NCBI GenBank assembly: GCA_047495785.1
Contig: JBLDXI010000007.1
Location: 1,488,001 to 1,552,000 of the forward strand
Direction: 5' to 3'
DNA: 64,000 nucleotides
DNA from: Lepidodermella squamata
Taxonomy: Eukaryota; Animalia; Gastrotricha
This document shows, in pieces, positions 22,892 through 32,941 of this stretch; the stretch's first letter is position 1, and the number at the start of each line of letters is the position of its first letter. Under the pieces are notes generated by a model. It was not told the DNA's origin. It ran no database searches and saw nothing but the letters and a program-made list of their open reading frames with translations. The translations under genes were made by a program, and so were the position numbers.

Positions 22892-24564
22892 CTAACTAGT
22901 TATTAGACTTGATCTTGGAAAATTTGTATAGTACTCCCCAGTATCATATTTCGAGCACATATCACCATCACCGAGTTCATTACTGCACGCATAAAACGTC
23001 GGCTGCCGAATGCAATAACTCGCCGTTAGATCCGCGGCTGCGACAGGTTTCGCCTCGTCCGCGTAGTTCAACGCGATGATCTCGCCGAAAAAATTGTAGT
23101 AGTGAACGAACGCCGCCATAAATATGTTGATTTTTCCACTACTTGCCGAGAGACGGTTCGCTTTGATCCATTTTACAAACTTGCTGGTCGTGCACGCGCC
23201 CATTTGCCCCAAATAGCTGCCAGGTTGCATCAATAATTTATCCTCAAACAGCCCCGTTGAAGGTTCCATCACACCAGACAAGACGAACAAATTTTTGTCA
23301 TCAGCCGGTCGCGACCTAACGGCCTGTAAGTTCAGTAAAAAGACAACAATTTGTAAAATTGGAGGCTGATAAATTTTCGGAAATAACCTATTAATGGCGT
23401 TTCGGTTAAAATTTGGGATGCTTATTGGGGACCCGCTACTCCGAGCCAATTTTAACCTGAGATTCAGATTTAAAATCTTCTCGAATTCGCGACAACAAGT
23501 AATTAAATTTTTCTAAATTAAAAGGAGAATAAAAGGAGGAGAAGGAGAATTAAAATAGTTTTTGCCCGTTTCTGAATTGGTTGCATGTTGCGAGCCTAAT
23601 TCTAGATAAGCCAGAGGTCGCTTCTGGAATATTCCTACGAAATTAAGGCAGATTTTCCAGCCCACCTCTGTTTTAATTTTCAGATTTTTTTATTTTGGAA
23701 GTAAAAAATAAAAGAAAATAGATTAATTAATCAATTAATTACCTCAGCCCAATTGACTTCAAGCCCTGTTTGTTCCGTGTAGGAAGCCCCGCTTCCACTA
23801 ATTGCATCAGCCCGCCAAGCTATCGAACTAGCTGGCCCAGTTGCCTTGTCGTAAAAAACGATTATTTGATGGCCCGCAGCTGTCATGTTGCTCAGGCTCA
23901 TCGAACTCGGTCCATTAGGGTAATCGCTAGGCTTCGCGAACATATCGTATCCAAAGTTGATGTAGAGCTTCTTCAGAAACGCGACATGCTGCTGCTGAGT
24001 CATGCTGTCGAAATTATTGAAGTTCAGTATAATAACCTCGCCAGGATTCATATTCAAGAAATCTCTCATGTCGCCGAACACACTGAACTGGCCGAACATC
24101 TCCGGCATAGACTGATGAAGATAGTTGGTAAAGTAAATCTTGTTGTCATTAACCATGTAATAGTCCGGGTTGCGAGCTGCGATCGGCAGGTCGAAATACC
24201 GGATGCCAAGGTACAACTGGTCGAACATTGTTTGTTCCTGAGATATGCCCCAATTCTGCAGCCTGCAGTTCATCAAGTCGTCATTTACGCGCTGGGACAG
24301 CTGAAATGGCATCAAATCGCGGTCAATGGTATAAACTCGGCCGAGATTGGGGTTTAGGGTTCTTGAAAACGCTGCATAGGATCCAGGAATAGCCAGTTTT
24401 GTCAGAGGCAGATCGCGTAGCCTGGCGGGTAAGTTGGTCATCCATTGGTCAAGCGTAGTGTTTGTCGTACATCTTAAAGGCAGCTCGTTTGCATCAGTCG
24501 TTGGAGGAAAAATCACACTGATAATGAGAGAAGAATAAAAGACGTTCCTTAGTGGTTGTAGCAT
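22892..24564 (-). CDS. Secreted PI-PLC X-domain (PLCXD-like) protein, catalytic residues substituted; exons 24564-23743 and 23323-22892
   Basis: Signal peptide; WMTNLP..LPLTKLAIPGSY; QLYLGIRYFDL; FLNMNPGEVIIL; phase-0 GT-AG intron. Confidence 0.85.
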
Positions 24565-25016
24565 TCGTGCTTAAAAAAATGCCTCAACCAAGTCGACAGA
24601 AACTAAACCATCATGCTTGTACTTTTCCAAAAGCATGCAGGTTGATAGTAGGTGCCAAAATATGTGACTCATTCCCCGCTGAGCCAGATTAGACTAGCAT
24701 GAGATGAAGATTTAGTAAAAATATTCATATAGTCTTGTACGTATTTCAGATGTCATTGAAATAAGGGTCCAGCCTTTATGGTCGTTCTGAGTGGAAAAAG
24801 GTGTCCATTTAATAATCGGTGCAATTCTACTGTTGATAATATAACCGTATTTGTTCCTATTACGGCCCGGGCTACTTAAATTCAACCTCGAAATTATTAT
24901 CGGCTGAGCTATTTTTCGAACAAATAAGTATAGTAGTAGTAGTATTTTAGGAAGTTGTGTAATGTGCGAAAAGAACCAAGTAAAAATGGCACCTATATTT
25001 TTTCGTGAAAATGTTT

Positions 25017-25175
25017 CGGGTGTGGCGCGAACGCCGGTACCCATGTGAAATATTTTGCACCCGACTCCACCGATGAGGCAGAGCGCAGGGGTCAGCGGAC
25101 CGCAGTGCAATGGCCCGCCTCGCCCTGGGGCGACCGACTTGCTGAGCTCGGTGCATCCCAGTGCCAGGTAAGTTT
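25017..25175 (-). ncRNA. U1: U1 snRNA (divergent)
   Basis: 5' AAACTTACCTGG, loop II CCATTGCACT, GCTGACCCCTGCG, terminal GGCG-TTCG-CGCC stem. Confidence 0.9.
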
Positions 25176-25290
25176 AGTGGCCAAAGGTCCAAGCGATCGA
25201 ACCCACCCAGCAGTTGGACCATAAGTGGATGCTGAAGTCATTTGCTTATTCCTATTTCCATCGAAATCCTGACTAAAATATTGCGACATT

Positions 25291-25362
25291 TAGCAGAGCG
25301 TAGTTTCGATCTACAGACCTCTGGGTTATGGGCCCAGCGCGCTTCCACTGCGCCACTCTGCT
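25291..25362 (-). tRNA. initiator tRNA-Met(CAT)
   Basis: A1:U72, GGG/CCC anticodon stem, GATCGAAA T-loop. Confidence 0.93.
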
Positions 25363-25514
25363 TGTCTGAAATTGAGAAGGCGCAAATGAACTACTGAAAT
25401 CGAAGATAATAACGTTCGGAAGTGCCAGCATTGGTGCTTATGATGTGCTTATAGCGATATTTCGCCGAAAAATGCCGTCTGCTAAATATAAATCTGAATG
25501 CTTATTCAGATCCC

Positions 25515-25598
25515 GTCATGATGGCCGAACGGTCCAAGGCGCTTCGTTCAGGTCGCAGCCAGTTTCTACTGGCGCGGCTTCGATAATCCCACTTCTAT
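25515..25598 (+). pseudogene. Degenerate tRNA-Leu(CAG)
   Basis: gtcatgatggccgaacggtccaaggcg...ttcaggtcgc; broken T-arm and acceptor stem. Confidence 0.65.
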
Positions 25599-25678
25599 TT
25601 CACACTCGCTGTTAGATTCGTGTCACAAGTCTGAGTTATCCCATTGAGACAGCCCTAATTGGTGACTACATCGCCAAA

Positions 25679-25751
25679 GCCCGGTTAGCTCAGTCGGTAG
25701 AGCATGGGACTCTTAATCCCAGGGTCGTGGGTTCGAGCCCCACATCGGGCG
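25679..25751 (+). tRNA. tRNA-Lys(CTT)
   Basis: Cloverleaf, anticodon CTT. Confidence 0.93.
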
Positions 25752-25829
25752 GCAACCGGCGTTTTTACTCTTTTGAATTTTCAGCGGTCTGGTGCGGCTG
25801 AAATTGAACCAAACAAAAACTGAGTCGCT

Positions 25830-25902
25830 TGCATCGGCCGGGAATCGAACCCGGGTCTCCCGCGTGGCAGGCGAGAATTCTACCACTGAACCACTGAACT
25901 GC
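25830..25902 (-). tRNA. tRNA-Gly(GCC), 5' acceptor strand irregular
   Basis: Anticodon GCC; GCAGTTCAG pairs imperfectly with CCGATGC. Confidence 0.75.
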
Positions 25903-25973
25903 CGCTGTGAAAGATGTTATTTGATCCAATTTTTGTTCTGCGGCCGCTTCCGCCATTATAGCGCAAAAAGGCT

Positions 25974-26045
25974 GGGCCCGTCCGGGATTTGAACCCGAGA
26001 CCTCTCGCACCCAAAGCGAGAATCATACCCCTAGACCAACGGGCC
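25974..26045 (-). tRNA. tRNA-Pro(TGG)
   Basis: Cloverleaf, anticodon TGG. Confidence 0.93.
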
Positions 26046-26300
26046 TCATAAAAAATACAATGAATAATAATTTTGCTTGCTTATCAGCTTATCAGCCGGT
26101 TTGATTTTGGCGTCACAAGCGACTATATTATCAGGAATGGCAAAATCGAATCTTGAGTATTTGAAATTTTTATGCCTTGTAATTTTTTAAAGAATATTTC
26201 TTAAAAAAATTGAAATTAATTGTGGGAAAAGTTGTCGTGATATATTTCAAACTAAGACTCGAGGTGTCATTAATCATACCCGTATTAAACTCGATTGGTA

Positions 26301-26390
26301 ACTCACTCGACACCCATTCGACACCCACTCGACACCATTCGACACCACTCGACACCATTCGACACCACTCGACACCACTCGACACATTCG
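26301..26390 (+). repeat. Subterminal tandem array of ~10-bp CCAYTCGACA units
   Basis: About 8 copies of the same motif that forms the TIR. Confidence 0.9.
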
Positions 26391-26672
26391 CCTGCGGCGG
26401 CCATATTATTTTACATTAATTGTTAAAATAAAATAATATAAATAAATTTATCTCACTATTTTTTATATTAATTTTTGATATTGTTCAAGAATAAAATTTA
26501 AAATGAGTCGTTAGCAACATTAAAAACTCATTAGCAGACAAAAGACAATAAAGACAATGCGGCACCGTTGCGGAACCGTTGGCTCCCGTTTCATTTGAAT
26601 TTAAACCTGGTTTAGCTCTGCACTACTGTATTTTACACTGTTCTTTCAGTTTACAGTTTTCAGTCCTTCATT

Positions 26673-27014
26673 ATGGGCCGCAAGTTTAACCCTTTCGATC
26701 CATTTAGCTGGGTTAACAGTGACTCAGTAGATACCATTGATTCGGAATCAGTTACTCAATCAACAGCTCAGACCACTGACTCCGAGTCTTTTTTTCAAAA
26801 CACCACGACGTCAGTTTTCAGCCTTCAAAACAACTCTACTGCACCATGCCCAGTGGAGGCATATGAGATAGTCATATTTTGTCTATCCTTGTTCTTGCTC
26901 GTGGCTGTTGTCACCTCAATTGTTTTCGCCTCTCGTCGCTTCCGGTGCAAATCTAAGAAGCGGTCTAACGATGCCGAGCAACTGCACTACAATCGCCTTG
27001 ACTCTCAAGTTTAA
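26673..27014 (+). CDS. Small single-pass membrane glycoprotein (113 aa)
   Basis: S/T-rich N-terminus with N-glycosylation sequons, TM IVIFCLSLFLLVAVVTSIVFA, basic stop-transfer, YNRL tail. Confidence 0.55.
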   Translation: MGRKFNPFDPFSWVNSDSVDTIDSESVTQSTAQTTDSESFFQNTTTSVFSLQNNSTAPCPVEAYEIVIFCLSLFLLVAVVTSIVFASRRFRCKSKKRSNDAEQLHYNRLDSQV

Positions 27015-27211
27015 TGTTTGTTTTTTTATATTTAGCTGTTACGATGAACAAGCACGAAATTCTTGCATACTCTAACAAAGATCAATCCATCTTTAGATCG
27101 ACAGAGCTGAGCCGATCCGAACTCGAACTGACTATCTTGCAATACGCCCTTTCGCTAATCATGGCAGTGCTGGTCGGATTCGTAATTGCCCGTGCTCTCA
27201 ATATGGACTGA
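27014..27211 (+). CDS. Small protein with C-terminal TM helix (start 27014 or 27044)
   Basis: ILQYALSLIMAVLVGFVIA hydrophobic segment; TAATG overlap with the previous ORF. Confidence 0.4.
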   Translation: MFVFLYLAVTMNKHEILAYSNKDQSIFRSTELSRSELELTILQYALSLIMAVLVGFVIARALNMD

Positions 27212-27437
27212 CATTGTTTCCAATTGAATAATATTATCCTTGGATCGTTTATATCAAATTAACATTTGAAATGCCTGTATCAAATTACTTATCATCATCC
27301 TACGACGGTGAATCGCTAATCTTGTCGTTGTGAATCAAGAGTTAACAGATATTTAATATTTAATATGCTCAATATTCTTGAACTCAATAAACGTTTCTTA
27401 CAATTTCATTGTGTTTTAGGTTTATTCTTATTACTTT

Positions 27438-28580
27438 ATGTTTTCACTTCCGAAGGCTTTTCAGCTTTGCGTCTACTTGATGCTCCTTACGGATTCGATG
27501 GGCTATCCTGCCAGCGGAGAGTTTCTGCTTGACATTTTCAAGCTCAATAGAGACGACCAAGGTCATATCGTGCGGAAGCGTGATACCACGATTGCGAGAA
27601 AGCCGGAGATATTGGAAGTTGCTAGCGGTCTTCAATACTACCGTGCGTATCAAACCGGGTCTAACAAGTGTTTGGCAAATTTCACAAAAATTGGTATGGC
27701 TCTATTGTTATCACTTGCTTGTTTTTATAAGATTGGTCTTTCAGCGGAGAAGATGTGCGAGTGGCCGCTTCCTACTGAAAAATGGGATGAGTTGACGATG
27801 AAGCTCATGTCTTGTTTCGTGAGACATTCCTGTAGCACTATATCTTGTGTGATGACTCTACCCGAAGAAGATATTCGAACGTGGGCAACTTCTTTCAGTT
27901 TGGTCAGCCCTTTGTGCGCTTACCTCGCTACTAACGGTACACATCTTTCATTGGCCGATTCGCTTTTTGATTTGGAAGCCTACAAAAGTTTTGGCATGAA
28001 AGCTGCTGAACTTGCTTCTACTGTATTTAACGTCGCGAGCAAATATAAATTTTTCCAGTTTATAGTCTGTCATTTTTTCCCAATCTACGAATTTGAATCA
28101 GTATTTTCTGCGACTCATTACGTTCCTCAAATAATATGCTTTATCGCAGCCGTCTATTTTGAGTCTCAGTCAGGGTTTCTGGCTGTAGTATTTGACTTGG
28201 GTATTGAAATCTTTTACACAAGCGTTGTGTACTACTGGTTTGGTCGACTTTTAGGCATTTTTTATTTGGATTATTACACAGTTTCCATCGTCATCCGTTA
28301 TTTGATTCTATTCATTTCTTTCGGCGTGAGATCGTTTATATTTTTCTACTATTTGGCGCGAATTGCATGGACTTTGTCGTCTTCTCTTTTCAATCATATA
28401 CATAACATCTTCAAAAAAAACAAAAAAGTCCAATACACCCCAACCAATCAGCCTCCTCAAGAGACTGTGCCTCTCATGGAGTCTAGCAATGAAATAATGA
28501 AGCAAGGCATTTTGAAGGCGAGTAATTGTTCAGGTTGCTCAAATTGTGGACGACGAATTTCAACCAGGAAACGGAATTGA
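27438..28580 (+). CDS. Signal peptide + GEX1/Brambleberry/Kar5-like cysteine-rich domain + multiple TM helices; probable in-frame intron 27694-27744
   Basis: After splicing: CLANFTKIAEKMC (C-x11-C) EWPLPTEKWDELTMKLMSCFVRHS...CVMTLPEEDIRTWATSFSLVSPLCAYL; hydrophobic C-terminal half. Confidence 0.6.
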   Translation: MFSLPKAFQLCVYLMLLTDSMGYPASGEFLLDIFKLNRDDQGHIVRKRDTTIARKPEILEVASGLQYYRAYQTGSNKCLANFTKIGMALLLSLACFYKIGLSAEKMCEWPLPTEKWDELTMKLMSCFVRHSCSTISCVMTLPEEDIRTWATSFSLVSPLCAYLATNGTHLSLADSLFDLEAYKSFGMKAAELASTVFNVASKYKFFQFIVCHFFPIYEFESVFSATHYVPQIICFIAAVYFESQSGFLAVVFDLGIEIFYTSVVYYWFGRLLGIFYLDYYTVSIVIRYLILFISFGVRSFIFFYYLARIAWTLSSSLFNHIHNIFKKNKKVQYTPTNQPPQETVPLMESSNEIMKQGILKASNCSGCSNCGRRISTRKRN

Positions 28581-28784
28581 TTGTAAATTGATGCATTGTG
28601 ACTCTGCGTGTTTTGACATTCGATTCGCTTTTGTGTCGCGGCTTTTTATACCCATTTTATACTATGTTATACTCAATGCTCTTTTCTCTTTTTCCATGCT
28701 CTGACATGTAAGCTCATTAAATTTCCTCAATTTAATCAAAATGATTCATGTGGTCTGATTTTTTTTGTCGATTTTAGAGAATTA

Positions 28785-30962
28785 ATGTCCCAGTTTGTTT
28801 TCGGAGACTTGCCTTTTCCGCTATTCTTGATGGATCCCGAAGATCGATTTGAAGAAAGCAGCGATAATTTCTCAACGATGCAGGCAACTACGAGCGAAAC
28901 GACTCGATATCACGATGCCCTTGCTGACCGAACGAATACTTGCTCGGGAAATATTTCAAGTCACTTCGCTAAAAAGAAGTGCCGACCCCGCGCTGGTAAC
29001 GGAAAATTTGCTCCATATTTGCCTTTCAATGAGCGGAACCGCAAGGATCGTCATCTGCAACGCTACTGCGTTTTTTGCGGAAGCCCGAAGAGCACGAAAT
29101 TCCTCAAACAGCATATCTTGCGCTACTGCCCGGAGACTGCCGGTCGTCGATCGTCCGATGAAGTCATCAAAGCTGCAAACTATGTGCGCAAGGCTGCTAT
29201 CTTTCAAGGATCCAAACATGGACTAGCCCATCGTAAAACACCATCTGCCCGAGGTGTGAAAAGGGTGAATTTTTCAACTAATTCCGAATCATGTCATCGT
29301 TCGGCGCAAATGGATTCGACAGAGATTTCACAAGGATCTTGCGTTTGCTCAAGAATCAGTACGCCGAAAAATGCCCATTCTCAAGGATTCAGCGATAATG
29401 GAACTTCGAATTCCATCTGTACTTGTTCGGAAAGCCAACGCCGTGCTCCAGTTGCGTGCTCTACACCTGCTCTTCAGAATATGGATGCTGATGTCTCTCA
29501 TCCAGTCGATTTCACATTCAACAGCTCATTTGATCAGTCCAATTGTTCGGGTGAGAACGAGTATTTCGGTGACGATGGCGCTGTCTCCTCTCGGCAGCAG
29601 AGCGAATCTAATATTTCACATGTTCAGACTTCGAATGAAGGCGTCGTATTGGACGACACTTATTTCGATGAATCGTCTGACGAAGAGACATCAGGCGAGG
29701 CGACGTTGTCAAAGAAATTAACCCGTATCGCGCTGTCTCCAAGCCCAATTAAGAAGACGAGAAAATTGAGTAAAAAATATGTCACCAATGATCCTCGCTT
29801 GAAGCCGGCCCTCGAGCATTATAAAGATCCAGATTTTAAAATGGAAGCAACGCAAGATGATCGCAATGCTAAAACTGTTCGATCGCGTTATTCCGGACTA
29901 ACCGGCATCCTCAATTTGGCAGGCATATTCACTGTTGAGGATATGCTCAATGTTGACAAATGGTTCGATTTCGCGGCTCGTGAGGATCGATTGATTACGA
30001 CAAATTTACGCGGTGGGGAAGAGCCAGTCTCGTGCCACAGTCTCTACATGAGATTCATGGCTTTAAAAGACTTCTTGCAAATGTTTCGAGACAACTTCCT
30101 TTTACCGAGACGTCTTGTTAGCGAATCGGAGCGTGAAAAAATCGATTTCATCATTACCAGATTCCTTGACCCGAGGATCAAGCAGTGCAATGCTAAACGT
30201 GGCAAGGCACAGGCTGCGCTGAAACACGAAAGAATTGATGAAAAGGTCACTATTCATCTAGCGCCACAATACGCTGAATTCATTTCGCAGACGATCGCCG
30301 AGATGGAGAAAGCAGGCCAAATTGTGCCGTATGCCTTTCGAATTGCGAGAATTGTTGTTAAAATGAACGCCTTCAATGGCTGCCGCCCTTCGAGTCTCGC
30401 AGGCATGAAGGAGGCTGAATTCGATAAGCGATTTTCCGAGATCCCGGGCACTTGGACAGTTCATGTCCTGGAGACGAAGAACGGTAAGCGGTGCTTCCCC
30501 TACGTTACGATGGACCAGGAACTTGTGGAACTCTACGACGAATACCGCCGCAAGTTCCGGCCGAAGCCGGCTGACCCTAAAAGCGCCAAGTATTTACTGC
30601 TACGAAGTGATGGCAAGAGGTTTGATTGCTTGTCCTACTACGCAAGTATTTTGTGGGACAAATTCGTCCTAACTCTTCCATCTACTGCCCGACCGAGTCT
30701 CGCATCATATCACTTTTCAATGCAAAGGCGCATGATGCAGACAAGTTCTCGCCACAATCAAATTCCTGGCTTGACTCCCGCCCAACAGAAACAGGTCAAC
30801 CGCTACCTCCACCACACCGATGGCGTTGCCGAGCAAATCTACGAGCAATTTATTTCACCTCAGGAACATGCTGAAATTTTCTTGAAATTTAAGGAATTTC
30901 TCAGTTCTCAGAAAAAACCCAAACAATCGCCAAGAAAAATGCCTAGATCAAAGAAACCTTGA
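28785..30962 (+). CDS. Tyrosine recombinase with N-terminal zinc finger (725 aa)
   Basis: CVFC...HILRYC zinc finger; acidic linker; GCRP (R), ETKNG (K), SMQRR (R), YLHHT (H), AEQIY (Y) in phage-integrase catalytic order. Confidence 0.85.
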   Translation: MSQFVFGDLPFPLFLMDPEDRFEESSDNFSTMQATTSETTRYHDALADRTNTCSGNISSHFAKKKCRPRAGNGKFAPYLPFNERNRKDRHLQRYCVFCGSPKSTKFLKQHILRYCPETAGRRSSDEVIKAANYVRKAAIFQGSKHGLAHRKTPSARGVKRVNFSTNSESCHRSAQMDSTEISQGSCVCSRISTPKNAHSQGFSDNGTSNSICTCSESQRRAPVACSTPALQNMDADVSHPVDFTFNSSFDQSNCSGENEYFGDDGAVSSRQQSESNISHVQTSNEGVVLDDTYFDESSDEETSGEATLSKKLTRIALSPSPIKKTRKLSKKYVTNDPRLKPALEHYKDPDFKMEATQDDRNAKTVRSRYSGLTGILNLAGIFTVEDMLNVDKWFDFAAREDRLITTNLRGGEEPVSCHSLYMRFMALKDFLQMFRDNFLLPRRLVSESEREKIDFIITRFLDPRIKQCNAKRGKAQAALKHERIDEKVTIHLAPQYAEFISQTIAEMEKAGQIVPYAFRIARIVVKMNAFNGCRPSSLAGMKEAEFDKRFSEIPGTWTVHVLETKNGKRCFPYVTMDQELVELYDEYRRKFRPKPADPKSAKYLLLRSDGKRFDCLSYYASILWDKFVLTLPSTARPSLASYHFSMQRRMMQTSSRHNQIPGLTPAQQKQVNRYLHHTDGVAEQIYEQFISPQEHAEIFLKFKEFLSSQKKPKQSPRKMPRSKKP

Positions 30963-31585
30963 ATTAGCTTCGTTAATATTTTCGAATTCCTCGTGAAAGC
31001 TCTTATTCAATGCTTTTTGCATGTAAATGATTGCCTATTGCCAGTTCTTGTAAATTGTTTGTAAATTTCTATTACTCATTCGAACTTATTGTTGACGTCA
31101 TGGAAACATCCGCACGGATCCGCAATATTTATTACTTAATTCATTTTTTTTTATAATTTATTGGTTCTTAATCATTCGTGCAATATCAGAATAAAGACGA
31201 CGTGGTTTTAAATAAGTCTTTTTCATGTATCCGGTGATTTTGTCGGGGAGAAATGTTCCGGCTGTAACAAAGACAGCGTCACCTAGCTGACGGAATTTCA
31301 CGAATATTGTGCTAAGCTAGAGCCTCGGATAGAATAATCAGAATGCCTTGCAAATTTCGCTGAGTTCGCTGAGTTATCAAAACCTTGCCGATTTATCAAA
31401 ATGGTGTCGAGTGAGTTATATATTGATATATAACAAAGCGATGTGCATAGTAAAAAAATATTAAAATCGACAAAAAGATGAGCTCCGTCCAGCAGCTGCT
31501 CAAACAATTCTTGGTGCTCGGTGAAGGCTAAACATCTATTATACCTGCCAAACAGTCGAGTAGAAAACAGCTTATTTTTTAGCGA

Positions 31586-32485
31586 ATGGTTGCACCGCCG
31601 AATTGCGTTGAAATCGCACTTGGAATTTCAATTTTTTGCTTAATAGTCATATTCCTTAACGCACCCCGAGTGCTTAATACAGACAAGATTTATTACCTAT
31701 CCGATCAGCAGCTAGGGCAGTTCATTAACCAGAGGTCGTGGGAAAATGTATCCTCCTCGACTGAGAAAAAACAGGCGGAACCTTATGTGTCACCCTACTT
31801 CTGCAAAGGCCCTAATAAGGCGCTGTGCGACCGCGTTGATGGATTCATGGACGAAAAGCCATTCTATCAAAGATCGTCACGTTTATGCCAGTTGATGGAT
31901 AAATTCGGAAGTGACAAATGCTGGCGGCATCACTACGCAATTTTCTATGAATTCCTATTGCCAAGATGGCCGAATAGGATCATCAAAATTCTTGAAGTTG
32001 GACTCGGCGCGAATGGTGAATGGTCGCCGTGGAATTTGAGTGAATTTCGACGGCCTGGAGGGTCGTTATTCGCCTGGAGAACTTACTACCCAACCGGGTT
32101 GATTTTCGGGGCTGATAATGACACAAATGTCCTGGTGAATGCTTCTCGAATTCAAAGTCACCACGTCGATCAGCTCGATAAGGAAAGCGTTAGAAAATTA
32201 TTTTCCGACTACGGCACTTTTGATTTGATTATCGATAACGGGTCGCATGATTTCAAGTCCAACTGGGTTTTTCTGGAGTTTGCGTACAAATACGTGAGGC
32301 CTGGTGGAATTTTTGTGACGGAAGATATCGCGATTTCGGAGATTGATAAATATGTTAATTTCATGATTGATCAATCGTTGAATGGGTCGCTCATTAGCTC
32401 ACCTTCATTTCACAATACTGGCAAGTTCAACAGTGTTTTCATGCTGGTTGAAAAACCACGTTTTTTAAATAAAAGAAAACGATAG
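31586..32485 (+). CDS. Type II membrane class I SAM-dependent methyltransferase (MycE/TylE-like sugar O-methyltransferase family), intronless
   Basis: N-terminal TM; FGSDK..HHYAIFYE; KILEVGLG; GGSLFAWRTYYP..IFGAD; FDLIIDNGSH; VRPGGIFVTED. Confidence 0.8.
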   Translation: MVAPPNCVEIALGISIFCLIVIFLNAPRVLNTDKIYYLSDQQLGQFINQRSWENVSSSTEKKQAEPYVSPYFCKGPNKALCDRVDGFMDEKPFYQRSSRLCQLMDKFGSDKCWRHHYAIFYEFLLPRWPNRIIKILEVGLGANGEWSPWNLSEFRRPGGSLFAWRTYYPTGLIFGADNDTNVLVNASRIQSHHVDQLDKESVRKLFSDYGTFDLIIDNGSHDFKSNWVFLEFAYKYVRPGGIFVTEDIAISEIDKYVNFMIDQSLNGSLISSPSFHNTGKFNSVFMLVEKPRFLNKRKR

Positions 32486-32794
32486 ACCTGTTAATAAATG
32501 ATCATGGCGTTCTTAAATTTGCGTATAAAATTTTAAATCCATCTCGATCATTGGCCATTTTCCATTACCTAACTATTTTCTAAGTCCCAAATCCAAGGTT
32601 CCCCCGCGAAGCCGTGACTTCAACAATTAAAAATACCAGCCTTCTAAGGTTCGGAAGTAGAATCAGTTACGTTTTTTCGATAAATTTCGATAAATTTATT
32701 ATTTTCGATAAATTTCTGAATTTTTTCTATTCGTTTCGATAAGCTTTCACTGACTTGCGAATTTCATTTTTCAAGAAGCAAAAAAGTGGCCAAC

Positions 32795-32866
32795 TGGAGG
32801 CATCGGGGATTGAACCCGAGACCTTCACAATGCGAATGAGACGCTCTACCACTGAGCTATGCCCCC
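32795..32866 (-). tRNA. tRNA-Ala(CGC)
   Basis: Same sequence as 21423-21494. Confidence 0.88.
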
Positions 32867-32941
32867 TAGGCTGATCTGATTCTTAGTTGAACACTCGCTA
32901 GGTCCACATGAATGTTGGCTGTCTTGCCTAAAAACATATCA

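Larger units (their letters stand above)
26299..31418 (+). mobile_element. Tyrosine-recombinase (Crypton-like) transposon with TIRs and membrane-protein cargo
   Basis: TA-ACTCACTCGACACC at 26299 and GGTGTCGAGTGAGT-TA ending 31418; four co-oriented ORFs inside, the last a tyrosine recombinase. Confidence 0.7.

Noticed and set aside
25974-26299. Prokaryote-style integration of the YR element into the tRNA-Pro gene
   Set aside because: No duplicated tRNA 3' fragment at the other end; the TIR lies ~250 bp from the tRNA
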